The translations under genes were made by a program, and so were the position numbers. Under the pieces are notes generated by a model that saw only the letters and a list, made by a program, of their open reading frames with translations, had not been told where the DNA came from and did not search any database. A stretch of 43,631 bases of DNA from a virus (lineage: Duplodnaviria > Caudoviricetes). Positions 1-8,783 of this stretch are shown here, one piece after another. The stretch's first letter is position 1; every line of letters starts with the position of its first letter. The DNA lies in the IMG/VR virus record IMGVR_UViG_3300008267_000103, positions 1-43,631 of that record; one strand, given 5' to 3'.

Positions 1-174
1 CCTGTTTAATTTGTGGGCAAATTTTTTAGAATCGATGCCTGATTTTTCTTGCAAAGCAATTTCTTCTTTCAAAGCTTTAAGAAAGCGTTCAGAAAGATTA
101 AAGTTTTTAGGGTAAAACATACGTTGCTCTCTTTTAATCATACCATATTGTTCCATTAACTCTTGAAATTTCAT
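1..174 (-). CDS. Partial hypothetical protein running off the left edge (MKFQELMEQYGMIKREQRMFYPKNF...), probably a late gene
   Basis: Manual translation gives 58 open codons from ATG at 174 to base 1. TAAGTA lies 15 nt upstream (190-195, - strand). Not in the ORF track because it has no stop in the window. Confidence 0.65.
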   Translation of the reverse strand, partial: MKFQELMEQYGMIKREQRMFYPKNFNLSERFLKALKEEIALQEKSGIDSKKFAHKLNR

Positions 175-190
175 AAACGTAATATAGAAT
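163..190 (+). promoter_or_regulatory. Putative sigma70-type promoter for the guaC operon
   Basis: TTGAAA (163-168), 16-nt spacer, TAGAAT (185-190), 10 nt before the ATG at 201. Confidence 0.55.
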
Positions 191-200
191 ACTTATCTGT

Positions 201-1157
201 ATGACAGGCAATTACAATGAATACACTCATGCTCTTGGGTACAAAGATATCTATCTTGTACCTAATTATAGCGAACTTGCATCTCGTTCTCATGCAGATA
301 CATCTGTAAGAATTAAGGGCTTTAAGTTTACTTTACCGATTATGCCTTCAAATATGAAATCGGTAGTAGATTTAAAGACCTATCATTTGTATGATAGTCT
401 AGGTCTAGCACCTATTATGCATAGATTTGATATGAGTAGTGTTGATATACTTCGTCGTATTAGCACTGACTGGAAGGCTATTAGTATTGGTGTAAAGCCT
501 GAAGACAGAGATAATTTGGATGCGTGTAGACAGCTTTCTATTGACCCGTCTTGCGTATGTATTGATATTGCTCACGGCCATAGTTTGGCAATGATGGGAA
601 TGATTAAGTTTGTACGAGCGACATTTCCTAATACTATTATTATTGCAGGCAATGTTACTACCGGAGAAGCCTGTAAAGATCTAGCCGAATGGGGAGCTGA
701 TTTAGTTAAGGTCGGCATCGGGCCAGGCCAGGTCTGTTCAACTAAGAACAAGACTGGATTTCATATGCCTATGTTTACTGCGATAATGAGTTGTGCAGAC
801 GTATCCCCCGTACCGATTATTGCTGATGGCGGATTTCGTGAGAACGGTGATATTGCAAAAGCATTAGTTGCTGGTGCTACGTTCTGCATGATTGGTGGTA
901 TGTTTGCTGCCTGCTCGGATTCCCCAGCGACAATGGTGAACGGTAAAAAAGAGTATTACGGCAGTGCTTCTGAGAGAAACAAGGGATCCGTTAGGAACAT
1001 CGAGGGATTCACTACTCATCTAACACCTACTAACACTATTACTAGTAAAGTACGAGAAATTCAAGAAGACTTGCAGTCCGCTATTAGTTATGCCGGCGGA
1101 AAAGATCTTTCTGGGCTTGACCTTTCTAAAGTACAATATAGAATTGTTTCACCATGA
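201..1157 (+). CDS. guaC: GMP reductase (IMPDH/GMPR family), auxiliary metabolic gene
   Basis: Catalytic loop [12 protein letters not shown] plus IDIAHGH, IIAGNV, IIADGG, MIGGMFA, EYYGSAS...NIEG and [10 protein letters not shown]. At 318 aa with no CBS domains it fits short GuaC better than GuaB. Confidence 0.88.
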   Translation: MTGNYNEYTHALGYKDIYLVPNYSELASRSHADTSVRIKGFKFTLPIMPSNMKSVVDLKTYHLYDSLGLAPIMHRFDMSSVDILRRISTDWKAISIGVKPEDRDNLDACRQLSIDPSCVCIDIAHGHSLAMMGMIKFVRATFPNTIIIAGNVTTGEACKDLAEWGADLVKVGIGPGQVCSTKNKTGFHMPMFTAIMSCADVSPVPIIADGGFRENGDIAKALVAGATFCMIGGMFAACSDSPATMVNGKKEYYGSASERNKGSVRNIEGFTTHLTPTNTITSKVREIQEDLQSAISYAGGKDLSGLDLSKVQYRIVSP

Positions 1158-1504
1158 AAATATTGAGTAACGCTGAACACGCAAAGCTGCTAAAGGCTAA
1201 TCGAGACGCATATCAGGAGGGATATGATAAGGGTCGTTCTGATGCCCATGAATCAGATTTCATTCAAGACATTTCATTTAATGATGTCGAGTATGTATTT
1301 GATTTTCGCAACCCAGGAGTTAGAGTGTTTAGTATTGAACGTTCTGATGTCGGTACTGATAAAGAAGAAACTGTTATTGGTTACCTTGACGTAGAAGGTA
1401 TTGTAAGGCTATGGCATTTTCATTGCTCGCGGACCCACCACAATAAACTTGTTGAACAATGGAATCAAGCCAAGCAATCGCCTTTTGTAACTAAAAAGAA
1501 ATAA
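1154..1504 (+). CDS. Hypothetical protein
   Basis: ATGA overlap with the guaC stop; plausible globular composition; no family recognised. Confidence 0.75.
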   Translation: MKILSNAEHAKLLKANRDAYQEGYDKGRSDAHESDFIQDISFNDVEYVFDFRNPGVRVFSIERSDVGTDKEETVIGYLDVEGIVRLWHFHCSRTHHNKLVEQWNQAKQSPFVTKKK

Positions 1505-1507
1505 TTT

Positions 1508-1999
1508 ATGAGCAAAGAAGAATATGTACAACTCGAGGCTGTCAGGGAAGCTCTCGAAAAGGTAGTCAAGGACGAGAATGCTATTGAAAAGGTTCTCGAT
1601 CTTTTGAGTGATGCTACAGTAGCAGTGGATCAAGCAAAGCAAGCTGAAGAAGCAGAAGTTGCTGGTTCCGTCGCAGAAGACGAGGGTTCAGATGAACCCA
1701 AGATTAAGAAGCAATACGTTATCCTTGTTTCTGATAAGGATGGGGAAATTAAGCGAGATCTTGTTGGTTGGGTGCTTCAGATGCCCGAAAACGAAGATAG
1801 TCGAGACATCGTTGAAAGCATTAAGAAAGGCGCTTACAATTATAATGCTTCGAAGAAAGGCCGTAAGTACCCTGTTGGGTCTATTGGTTCGGCAATTGAA
1901 GGCTGTGGTAGTAAGTTCTTTAAGCCTTATAACATTAGTATTAAGACTAAAGAACCAGTACTCGTTATTACGACAAATAACGTTTTGCCTCGCTCATAA
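1508..1999 (+). CDS. Hypothetical protein
   Basis: Starts 3 nt after the previous stop and ends just before a terminator; acidic N-terminus, basic C-terminus. Confidence 0.8.
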   Translation: MSKEEYVQLEAVREALEKVVKDENAIEKVLDLLSDATVAVDQAKQAEEAEVAGSVAEDEGSDEPKIKKQYVILVSDKDGEIKRDLVGWVLQMPENEDSRDIVESIKKGAYNYNASKKGRKYPVGSIGSAIEGCGSKFFKPYNISIKTKEPVLVITTNNVLPRS

Positions 2000-2004
2000 A
2001 AACG

Positions 2005-2029
2005 AAAAGCCCCGAAAGGGGCTTTTTTT
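2005..2029. terminator. Bidirectional rho-independent terminator
   Basis: aaaagcccc-gaaa-ggggctttt hairpin with a T tract on both strands, between convergent genes. Confidence 0.9.
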
Positions 2030-4226
2030 ATGGAGCTGGTACAAGTCTTGGTGTGACTACATTACTACCAGGGCCGTTAGGGAAGTTAGTTGGTAGACCA
2101 TCGGCCCCTACAGAAAATAGTACCGGTGGCGGAACTCCTATAGTCTGTATTCTACCATTTAATGGAGTTTCAGCTCCAATACCGTCCTTATCTGCATTAA
2201 GTGTGCCAATAGTATTAGCTGCGTGAGTTGAAAAGTCATTAGGGCCGATTGGTGTAGAGCTCTTAAGAGTAAGAGGTATATTTTTAAACGCGTGAGAGTG
2301 AGGCTGAGCAATAGTTAACGTACCTGCACCTAAAGTGTTAAGATTTAAAAAACTACCCGGAGCTACAGCTACAGCTATAACAGTAGGCTCAGTAGCTCCG
2401 CCACCAGGTAATACCGGTAATGAAGGTATTTCGAGTACTAAATTACCTAAAGCATCAGTGTTTAACACGGCCCATCCACTGCCCAAAGCTCCTGGTAGTC
2501 CGGTTGGATTAACTAAAGGACCGGTAGCTATTATCTGAGTATTTTCTGTAACTTGATATTCAATTGGTGCCGTAATATGATTGACAAATAACTCTCCTTC
2601 AACATAAGCTCCGCCGCCTATTATAACGTTTTTAGAAACCCCTACTGTACTATCAAACACTATTTGACCGCCTAGTAAATTTTTAAACTGTAACGCGTTT
2701 GCAGAAACGGTAATTATATCTCCGTTAATATCGATTTGACCATCTTTGGAACCTATATTAATCATTGCGTCAGCTCTTACATCAACAATAGAGCCTTGTA
2801 ATTTTATATTACCTAGAGTCTGTACTGTAGCACCGCCCGCCCCGGACTTAATATTGAGCCGGTTCATTGCAAAAATATCATAATTACCACCGGGAGTATC
2901 CGGTACATATAATTGCTGTATTGTAGGTATGCCGGTAGGTAAAGCAGCAAAATTACCCGCTAATAAATTAGGTTTTATTGAACCTATTATTTCTTTACCG
3001 GTTAAAGGTATATAAGGGAGTATAGAATAGGTAGCTGCAGTATTAAGTGTTAAACCGACAGTCGCTACTCTGTGCTTAGTAATAAACTCAAAACTGTTAC
3101 CCCCAAACCCCATTTTCTTTTCTTGCTCTGACAGACTAGTAGTAATTTGAGAAAGAGTATTTTGTATAGTTGTTGCAGAAACATCTCCAGTCAACTTAGA
3201 GTATAAACTATTCCACTGACTATTGGCCTGTATGTTAAAATTACCTACTTTTAACCAGTAGTCTCCTTGTACAATATGATCGTTATCTCTACCTATATAG
3301 ATGCTATTATGGCCATTAATTGTTTCAAATTTATCTTTTAATGTTAATAATTGAAAGTTTTTTGGATTGAATAAAGCAGTAAATTGATTGTTAAGTTCGT
3401 AGAAACCGCCGTTAAAATGAGTGACTTTATAAGATTCTCTATCAGTAGTGTTAATAATCTCTATTGCAGCGCCCCGCTGATTGAGTACTAATTTATTACG
3501 ATATGTAGAAGAGTCTATAGTGGGTTCTTTTTGTACTCTTTGAGTTTTATTTTCAAATGTGCCTGGATAATCAGGGTATGTATCATCTCCTGCTTTAAAT
3601 ATACTTTTAAACTCGTCTTCTCCAAAAGTAGTTCCCATATATACAGGATAATGAGGTATACCTTCTCTAAAAAATACCCAGACATGTGCGCCTACATTCG
3701 GCACAGAAAATAACCCTTTAGCTGCATTAGAATAAGTAGACGGTTTATAATTGTTAGAATATTGATTAAAATGCTGGCTGTTTATTTTAGCCGTATTACC
3801 AAAAGCATCGCTTACTGGATAGCTTTCATATAGAGCTCCTGGCTTATTACCTTTACCTTCAGGATCTATTTGAGTTGCAGATGAAGACGAGGTAAAATTA
3901 GTATTAGGCTGCCCATAAAATAAAGGAGCATCAGATACCGTATTTGTATCAGAGGGGGAATTATAGTAGTTTGCAGTAGACGCCCCCGCTATAGGGCTAC
4001 ACATTTCTGCCCACGGTAATGTATCTCTTAAGTCATCTATTACACTACTAAGATCCTCTCCGCCTGGAGTTCCGGGAAAACTAAATGAAAAGTCTTTTTT
4101 TAATTGATTCCATTTATTGTATATAGTACTAGATATGTGCGGTATCCAAACTTTAACTCTACCTCTATATTCAGGATCGTTATTTTGTACTACTATACCG
4201 AGATAAATAGAATTAAAAGTTTGCAT
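2028..4226 (-). CDS. Baseplate central spike, gp5/VgrG/gpV-like, no lysozyme domain seen
   Basis: N-terminal OB-fold motifs YLGIVVQNNDPEYRGRVKVWIP and FSVPNVGAHVWVFF; central beta-helix-like segments; HSH motif near the C-terminus. Confidence 0.8.
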   Translation of the reverse strand: MQTFNSIYLGIVVQNNDPEYRGRVKVWIPHISSTIYNKWNQLKKDFSFSFPGTPGGEDLSSVIDDLRDTLPWAEMCSPIAGASTANYYNSPSDTNTVSDAPLFYGQPNTNFTSSSSATQIDPEGKGNKPGALYESYPVSDAFGNTAKINSQHFNQYSNNYKPSTYSNAAKGLFSVPNVGAHVWVFFREGIPHYPVYMGTTFGEDEFKSIFKAGDDTYPDYPGTFENKTQRVQKEPTIDSSTYRNKLVLNQRGAAIEIINTTDRESYKVTHFNGGFYELNNQFTALFNPKNFQLLTLKDKFETINGHNSIYIGRDNDHIVQGDYWLKVGNFNIQANSQWNSLYSKLTGDVSATTIQNTLSQITTSLSEQEKKMGFGGNSFEFITKHRVATVGLTLNTAATYSILPYIPLTGKEIIGSIKPNLLAGNFAALPTGIPTIQQLYVPDTPGGNYDIFAMNRLNIKSGAGGATVQTLGNIKLQGSIVDVRADAMINIGSKDGQIDINGDIITVSANALQFKNLLGGQIVFDSTVGVSKNVIIGGGAYVEGELFVNHITAPIEYQVTENTQIIATGPLVNPTGLPGALGSGWAVLNTDALGNLVLEIPSLPVLPGGGATEPTVIAVAVAPGSFLNLNTLGAGTLTIAQPHSHAFKNIPLTLKSSTPIGPNDFSTHAANTIGTLNADKDGIGAETPLNGRIQTIGVPPPVLFSVGADGLPTNFPNGPGSNVVTPRLVPAP

Positions 4227-5443
4227 TAATTACTAGGAGATTTAAATGTATTAACTTTAGTTATTGCTGTGTTACCCTTAATATTTTTCACTTGAGTGTT
4301 TATAATTACAGCTGAATTGTTATTAAGCCCTGTTAGCGCGTTATTAGATTGATATTTAAGCGTAGTTGCAACGTTACCCTTGCTTACGACTTTATTTAAA
4401 TCTTGTACTGCAGCTTTTGCTTGTTGCGCAGAGGTAGCAATACTTGTTATTTTTTGCGTCTCTGTATTAATTGTACCAATTACACTATCTACTCCCGCTC
4501 TTACTTGGTTAACAACATTAACTACAGGCGCGAGCGCTTGTTGAGCTGTACTTACTACAGATTTAACTGTTGTAACTGCTGCTTTAAGTCTACTTACTAC
4601 ATTTGATATAGCGGGTAGCCCCGGTATAAACGCGTTAAGTAGTTTGCTTAAAGAAGGTAGTTTTGGTAGTTTTAATACGAATTTATTAAGCTGATCTATA
4701 CCTTGAGAAAGAAGACGTCCAGGGGTTTTAATTATATTGTTAATTCTATCTACCGCGGTTGTTATACCTTCTATTTTAGCACCAGCTTTCCAGTCATTAG
4801 GAGTAATTAAATTACCTACCAATAGGATTGCAAAGGGTAATTTATTTTTAAGCAAGCCATACCCCGCTTCTACTGTCTGTCTAACTTTAGCCACGCTATT
4901 AGTAAAGGCTTGAATTTGATTAATAAGAGCTATATTAGATGGACCCATACCTGATGGGGTATACGTACTAAAGTTTGTTTTTACCTTAGCGTTTAGCGAG
5001 TTCATCTGCGCTAATACAATAGGTGGTACTTTTGAATTTAATAACGGATTTATTGGATCTGCATCCGTTGATACGTAACTTAATGAACCTACAGATTCAG
5101 AAAAATCTTGATACACGTCCGGATTAGTCGCTGTTAATTGCTGTTTAACTCGAGGGTGAGAGTAAAACATCGCGTCATCCCACCATCCGTCAAACCATTG
5201 TGGACTTAAACCGGACAAACCAACTGGTACTTCAAATACAGGATTTGGGGCATATATTGCTATACAGGGATCTCTAAGCTGTACAAAAAAATCGACCTTT
5301 GAACCTATAGGGTTAGATGAAAAATCCGCACTGTAATACGCTCTGGATAAGTCTGTTTCTTTTTCATACCCGGGTACAGAGTACTCTGGTAACACTATTC
5401 TAGTATTATAGTAATCAAACGTTTTTACAACTGCCTGAGCCAT
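4226..5443 (-). CDS. Hypothetical baseplate-region protein with a long helical C-terminal half
   Basis: 405 aa, TAATG-coupled to the spike gene; TAAGTA 5 nt upstream. Confidence 0.7.
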   Translation of the reverse strand: MAQAVVKTFDYYNTRIVLPEYSVPGYEKETDLSRAYYSADFSSNPIGSKVDFFVQLRDPCIAIYAPNPVFEVPVGLSGLSPQWFDGWWDDAMFYSHPRVKQQLTATNPDVYQDFSESVGSLSYVSTDADPINPLLNSKVPPIVLAQMNSLNAKVKTNFSTYTPSGMGPSNIALINQIQAFTNSVAKVRQTVEAGYGLLKNKLPFAILLVGNLITPNDWKAGAKIEGITTAVDRINNIIKTPGRLLSQGIDQLNKFVLKLPKLPSLSKLLNAFIPGLPAISNVVSRLKAAVTTVKSVVSTAQQALAPVVNVVNQVRAGVDSVIGTINTETQKITSIATSAQQAKAAVQDLNKVVSKGNVATTLKYQSNNALTGLNNNSAVIINTQVKNIKGNTAITKVNTFKSPSN

Positions 5444-5451
5444 ATAGATAC

Positions 5452-6954
5452 TTAGCCTACATCATCTGAAATAGGCATTCTATCATTAGTATGTAGTTTA
5501 ACCGTATACAAAGTGTTAGTATATTTTTCGTCGGTAAACGTATGAACAATTTTGTTAACATACCACTGACCAAGTAATTTATTATCAAAATTATTAGCGA
5601 TTGTATTTTGATTTTTATCTATCCCTATAAAACAGTTAGCCTGTCTGTAGGTTGTACCCGGCACTGTAAAGGCTAAACTTTGATTTAAAAACAACATACT
5701 TTTTAATAATAAGTTTCTACTATCAGCGTATCGCGCAACTTTGTCTCTTTGAAACGAATACGCTTGCTTAACTATTTTTGCGTCTTTTTTAGTTTTATTT
5801 AATGTTAATGCGGCAGTAGCATTCACCCCTAAACTATCTACATAGGTTTTTTGTATATAGTTTTTAACACTTTCTACTGTATTATCTACAAAGTCTACTT
5901 TAAATGTTTTATTTTTTAAGTCGTTTGAATAACAAGGATAATTTACAAAAAAATTCGTATTAGTATTTGTAGAACTATCTTCAAATTGATAATTTGTAAT
6001 TATACTATTAATATTAGAAAAATATTTTAAATCTGTGCTTTTAGGTATTTGTTGAAAAGACGGAATAATACTGTCATCAGATTGGCTGCTACCTGCTATT
6101 ATAAAATTTTCTCTGTGCAAGACTCCAGTTATAGAACGCTGCTGCACAGCTAATTTAAATAAATTATTGAAAGATTGTAAAAACCAGGTCTTGGTATAAC
6201 GATCTCTATATAATAAACAAGGATCCCCTTCTTGCTGATTGCCTGTTTTTTGGCTAGTGTGTCTATAAAGTAAATATTCTAAATCATCAATAGCATTATT
6301 ATTGGCTAAAGAATTATAAAAAATTTTACTTGCTCCTGTATCCCAACTAGTGCTAAATTTAGAATCTTCTCCTAATACAAACTGTATCAAATTTTTTATA
6401 GCTAAACCTGTAGGTATTTTTTTTTCTTCATCAGTTAGTAAGGACGGTATTAAATTAGAAGGTAAAAGATTATTTGTTGACCAATCTACATTTATTTCTG
6501 AAAATATTTGATAGTCTAATTCCCAAAAATTTAATTGAAGGTATTTGTCTCTTACCGTATTACCGGTAACTATATCTTTTTTATCGTATACTGCGAATAC
6601 AAATTCCATATTATAACTATCTGGCGAAAGTTCCGCATTTGAATGGTCATCTACTATAGGCGCTATTTTAATTGCTATTATATCTCTACCATCATTACGA
6701 AACACATAATTTGCATCTATAGGTACCGTGCCGTCTGGCCTTCTTTCAATTATATTGTCAGGATTGCGTATAACAAGGGTGCCGGTTTTATACCATAATA
6801 ACCCATCATCAATTATTTGTAAATTAACTAAATTCGCTGTGTTTATTGGAAACACCCGGCCATCGGGATTAAGTAAAGAAATATCGACTAAATACTTTTG
6901 ATTGTTATAGTATAAAGTATTTGTAGGTATTGGGGTTATTGTAGATCTGATCAT
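5452..6954 (-). CDS. Baseplate hub protein (gp27 / late control D-like)
   Basis: C-terminal GQWYVNKIVHTF...YTNTLYTVK pattern typical of hub proteins; lies between the gp53-like and spike genes. Confidence 0.6.
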   Translation of the reverse strand: MIRSTITPIPTNTLYYNNQKYLVDISLLNPDGRVFPINTANLVNLQIIDDGLLWYKTGTLVIRNPDNIIERRPDGTVPIDANYVFRNDGRDIIAIKIAPIVDDHSNAELSPDSYNMEFVFAVYDKKDIVTGNTVRDKYLQLNFWELDYQIFSEINVDWSTNNLLPSNLIPSLLTDEEKKIPTGLAIKNLIQFVLGEDSKFSTSWDTGASKIFYNSLANNNAIDDLEYLLYRHTSQKTGNQQEGDPCLLYRDRYTKTWFLQSFNNLFKLAVQQRSITGVLHRENFIIAGSSQSDDSIIPSFQQIPKSTDLKYFSNINSIITNYQFEDSSTNTNTNFFVNYPCYSNDLKNKTFKVDFVDNTVESVKNYIQKTYVDSLGVNATAALTLNKTKKDAKIVKQAYSFQRDKVARYADSRNLLLKSMLFLNQSLAFTVPGTTYRQANCFIGIDKNQNTIANNFDNKLLGQWYVNKIVHTFTDEKYTNTLYTVKLHTNDRMPISDDVG

Positions 6955-7307
6955 TGCTGCTTTATACTTTGTAATACTTCAGTTACTATACGCGGGTCAA
7001 GTATTTTAAGCACAGTACCCGCTTTAGGAAATTCTATTGGATTGTCAATCTTATTAACACTACATATTAACCACCATAATTGAGGAGTTGCGTATTGTTT
7101 ATTAGAAATATCAGTCCAAGTGATGTTATCATACGGCACGGTGTAAGTTTGAAAATAACTATCAGCTAATACATCCGGAAAGTTTACTGTATTAAGCAAA
7201 TTATAAAAATAAACTTTTTTATCTTTGTAAACATTGAAAAGGTTTTCAAAGTTATACATGTCTAAAGGTTTTAATTCAGGTATATTGTTTTGCTTTTGAG
7301 GGTCCAT
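6951..7307 (-). CDS. Baseplate wedge protein, gp53/LysM-like
   Basis: ISNKQYATPQLWWLICSVNKIDNP...AGTVLKI matches the gp53/LysM-like pattern. Confidence 0.75.
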   Translation of the reverse strand: MDPQKQNNIPELKPLDMYNFENLFNVYKDKKVYFYNLLNTVNFPDVLADSYFQTYTVPYDNITWTDISNKQYATPQLWWLICSVNKIDNPIEFPKAGTVLKILDPRIVTEVLQSIKQQ

Positions 7308-7316
7308 TTTAATATA

Positions 7317-8762
7317 TTAAGGGCCAAACCGTCCATTAGGAAAACCGCCACGCGGGATAAAAGCGCCTACTGTACCACCACCAGAAACCGGGCTACCAGC
7401 TCCGCCTGTAATGTCTTCTCTTATTTGTCTTTGAGTTACTCCGCTAGCATTTAACGAAGGATCTTGTTCGGCTCGTTCAGCCTTAAATACTTGTACTATA
7501 GTTTCTCCGTCTGCCCATCCAAATAAATTTTGAGTAGTTGTTAACAAGCTTCTAATAGTGAGAGTAACTTTATACGCTTCAGGTATTAATTTAACATTTG
7601 GCCCGCTTTCCGGGGGCACTGTATTGCCCGTTGCTAAATCTATATACCTCGTGGTGCCTTCATTAGTCACCGTTAGCTTTTCTATGTTTGCAACAGGAAA
7701 GCGTTTATAGCCAGGCACTTCAATTTCATAAATACATGGCGGATCTAATAAATTTATACCTCTACGGTTGGGTAAATTTTGATATGTAAGAACATATAAA
7801 AATTCCCAATTGTTTTGAGTTTGTTCTATACTAATTGTATTAAACAAATAGAAAGTTAAAGTAATACTATCTCCAGATTCTGGTGGAGAGTAGCCTTTTA
7901 TTTTTTCTCGGCCAGCACCAGGTTCCCCTCCTAAAGCCGCCGCTTCAACTACACTAGTTATTAAATCAATACCTCCCAGGGCAGCAGCTCCGCCACTTCC
8001 TTTTCCTATCATTTTTCTCGATTGTTCTAATAAATTTGTTATAGGAGCATTTTTACCGGGTTCAGTCCAGCTGGAATTAATACCGGTCATATTATCTATA
8101 CTAATATAAGGCAGTATATAGCTAATTTTTGTAGCTATACCGCTGTATAAATTAGAATAAGGATCTAACGCGTCTTTACCCCCTCTGCTTTTATCTATTT
8201 CTAGTTTAAGTCTACTAGGATCGCTAAACTGGCTGTACGCGTAGGCTCCTAATGCCGTTGTGCCTGCAGCGGCCGCGGCCCCGCCAAATATTTTAGCAAT
8301 TGTTGCTTTGCCTGCTTTAACTTCAGCGGCGCTTCCTGTAAGTGTAGCTCGGGCTAGGCGACCGAGTGGCCCTGGTAGCCGGCTTGCTATACCAGCTGCT
8401 GTATTTGTCAGTTGCCCTAAAAAAGCTTCTCCGCCTGCAATTGCTCCAGCCCCTAAAGCTAATTGAGCTAAAGGATTTTCTACATCTAATCTACCGAGAG
8501 CTTCTTGAAAGCCTCGCGCGCTATTAATATAAGACAAAAGTTCGGCAGAATATTTTAATCTATATTCAGTTAATTTTACTCGAGGTATTAATGACCGAGT
8601 CTTAGGGTTTGAAAGAGTCCAACAAAAATCTTTATGTACATTATATGTAGCTGCAGCTTTGTTATTTTTAGGTACTAAATACCTTGCCCCGTATTCGGAT
8701 TTAGATATAGCAAGATCCGGTATTTCATTTGCATAATCTACTTCTTTAAACCAAGAGGGCAT
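7317..8762 (-). CDS. Baseplate tail-tube cap/initiator, gp48-like
   Basis: C-terminal tube-fold pattern (ITLTFYLFN...PPCIYEIEVPG...IPEAYKVTLTIRSL) after a Gly/Ala-rich middle; baseplate context. Confidence 0.55.
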   Translation of the reverse strand: MPSWFKEVDYANEIPDLAISKSEYGARYLVPKNNKAAATYNVHKDFCWTLSNPKTRSLIPRVKLTEYRLKYSAELLSYINSARGFQEALGRLDVENPLAQLALGAGAIAGGEAFLGQLTNTAAGIASRLPGPLGRLARATLTGSAAEVKAGKATIAKIFGGAAAAAGTTALGAYAYSQFSDPSRLKLEIDKSRGGKDALDPYSNLYSGIATKISYILPYISIDNMTGINSSWTEPGKNAPITNLLEQSRKMIGKGSGGAAALGGIDLITSVVEAAALGGEPGAGREKIKGYSPPESGDSITLTFYLFNTISIEQTQNNWEFLYVLTYQNLPNRRGINLLDPPCIYEIEVPGYKRFPVANIEKLTVTNEGTTRYIDLATGNTVPPESGPNVKLIPEAYKVTLTIRSLLTTTQNLFGWADGETIVQVFKAERAEQDPSLNASGVTQRQIREDITGGAGSPVSGGGTVGAFIPRGGFPNGRFGP

Positions 8763-8783
8763 AATATTACTTACTACTAAATA

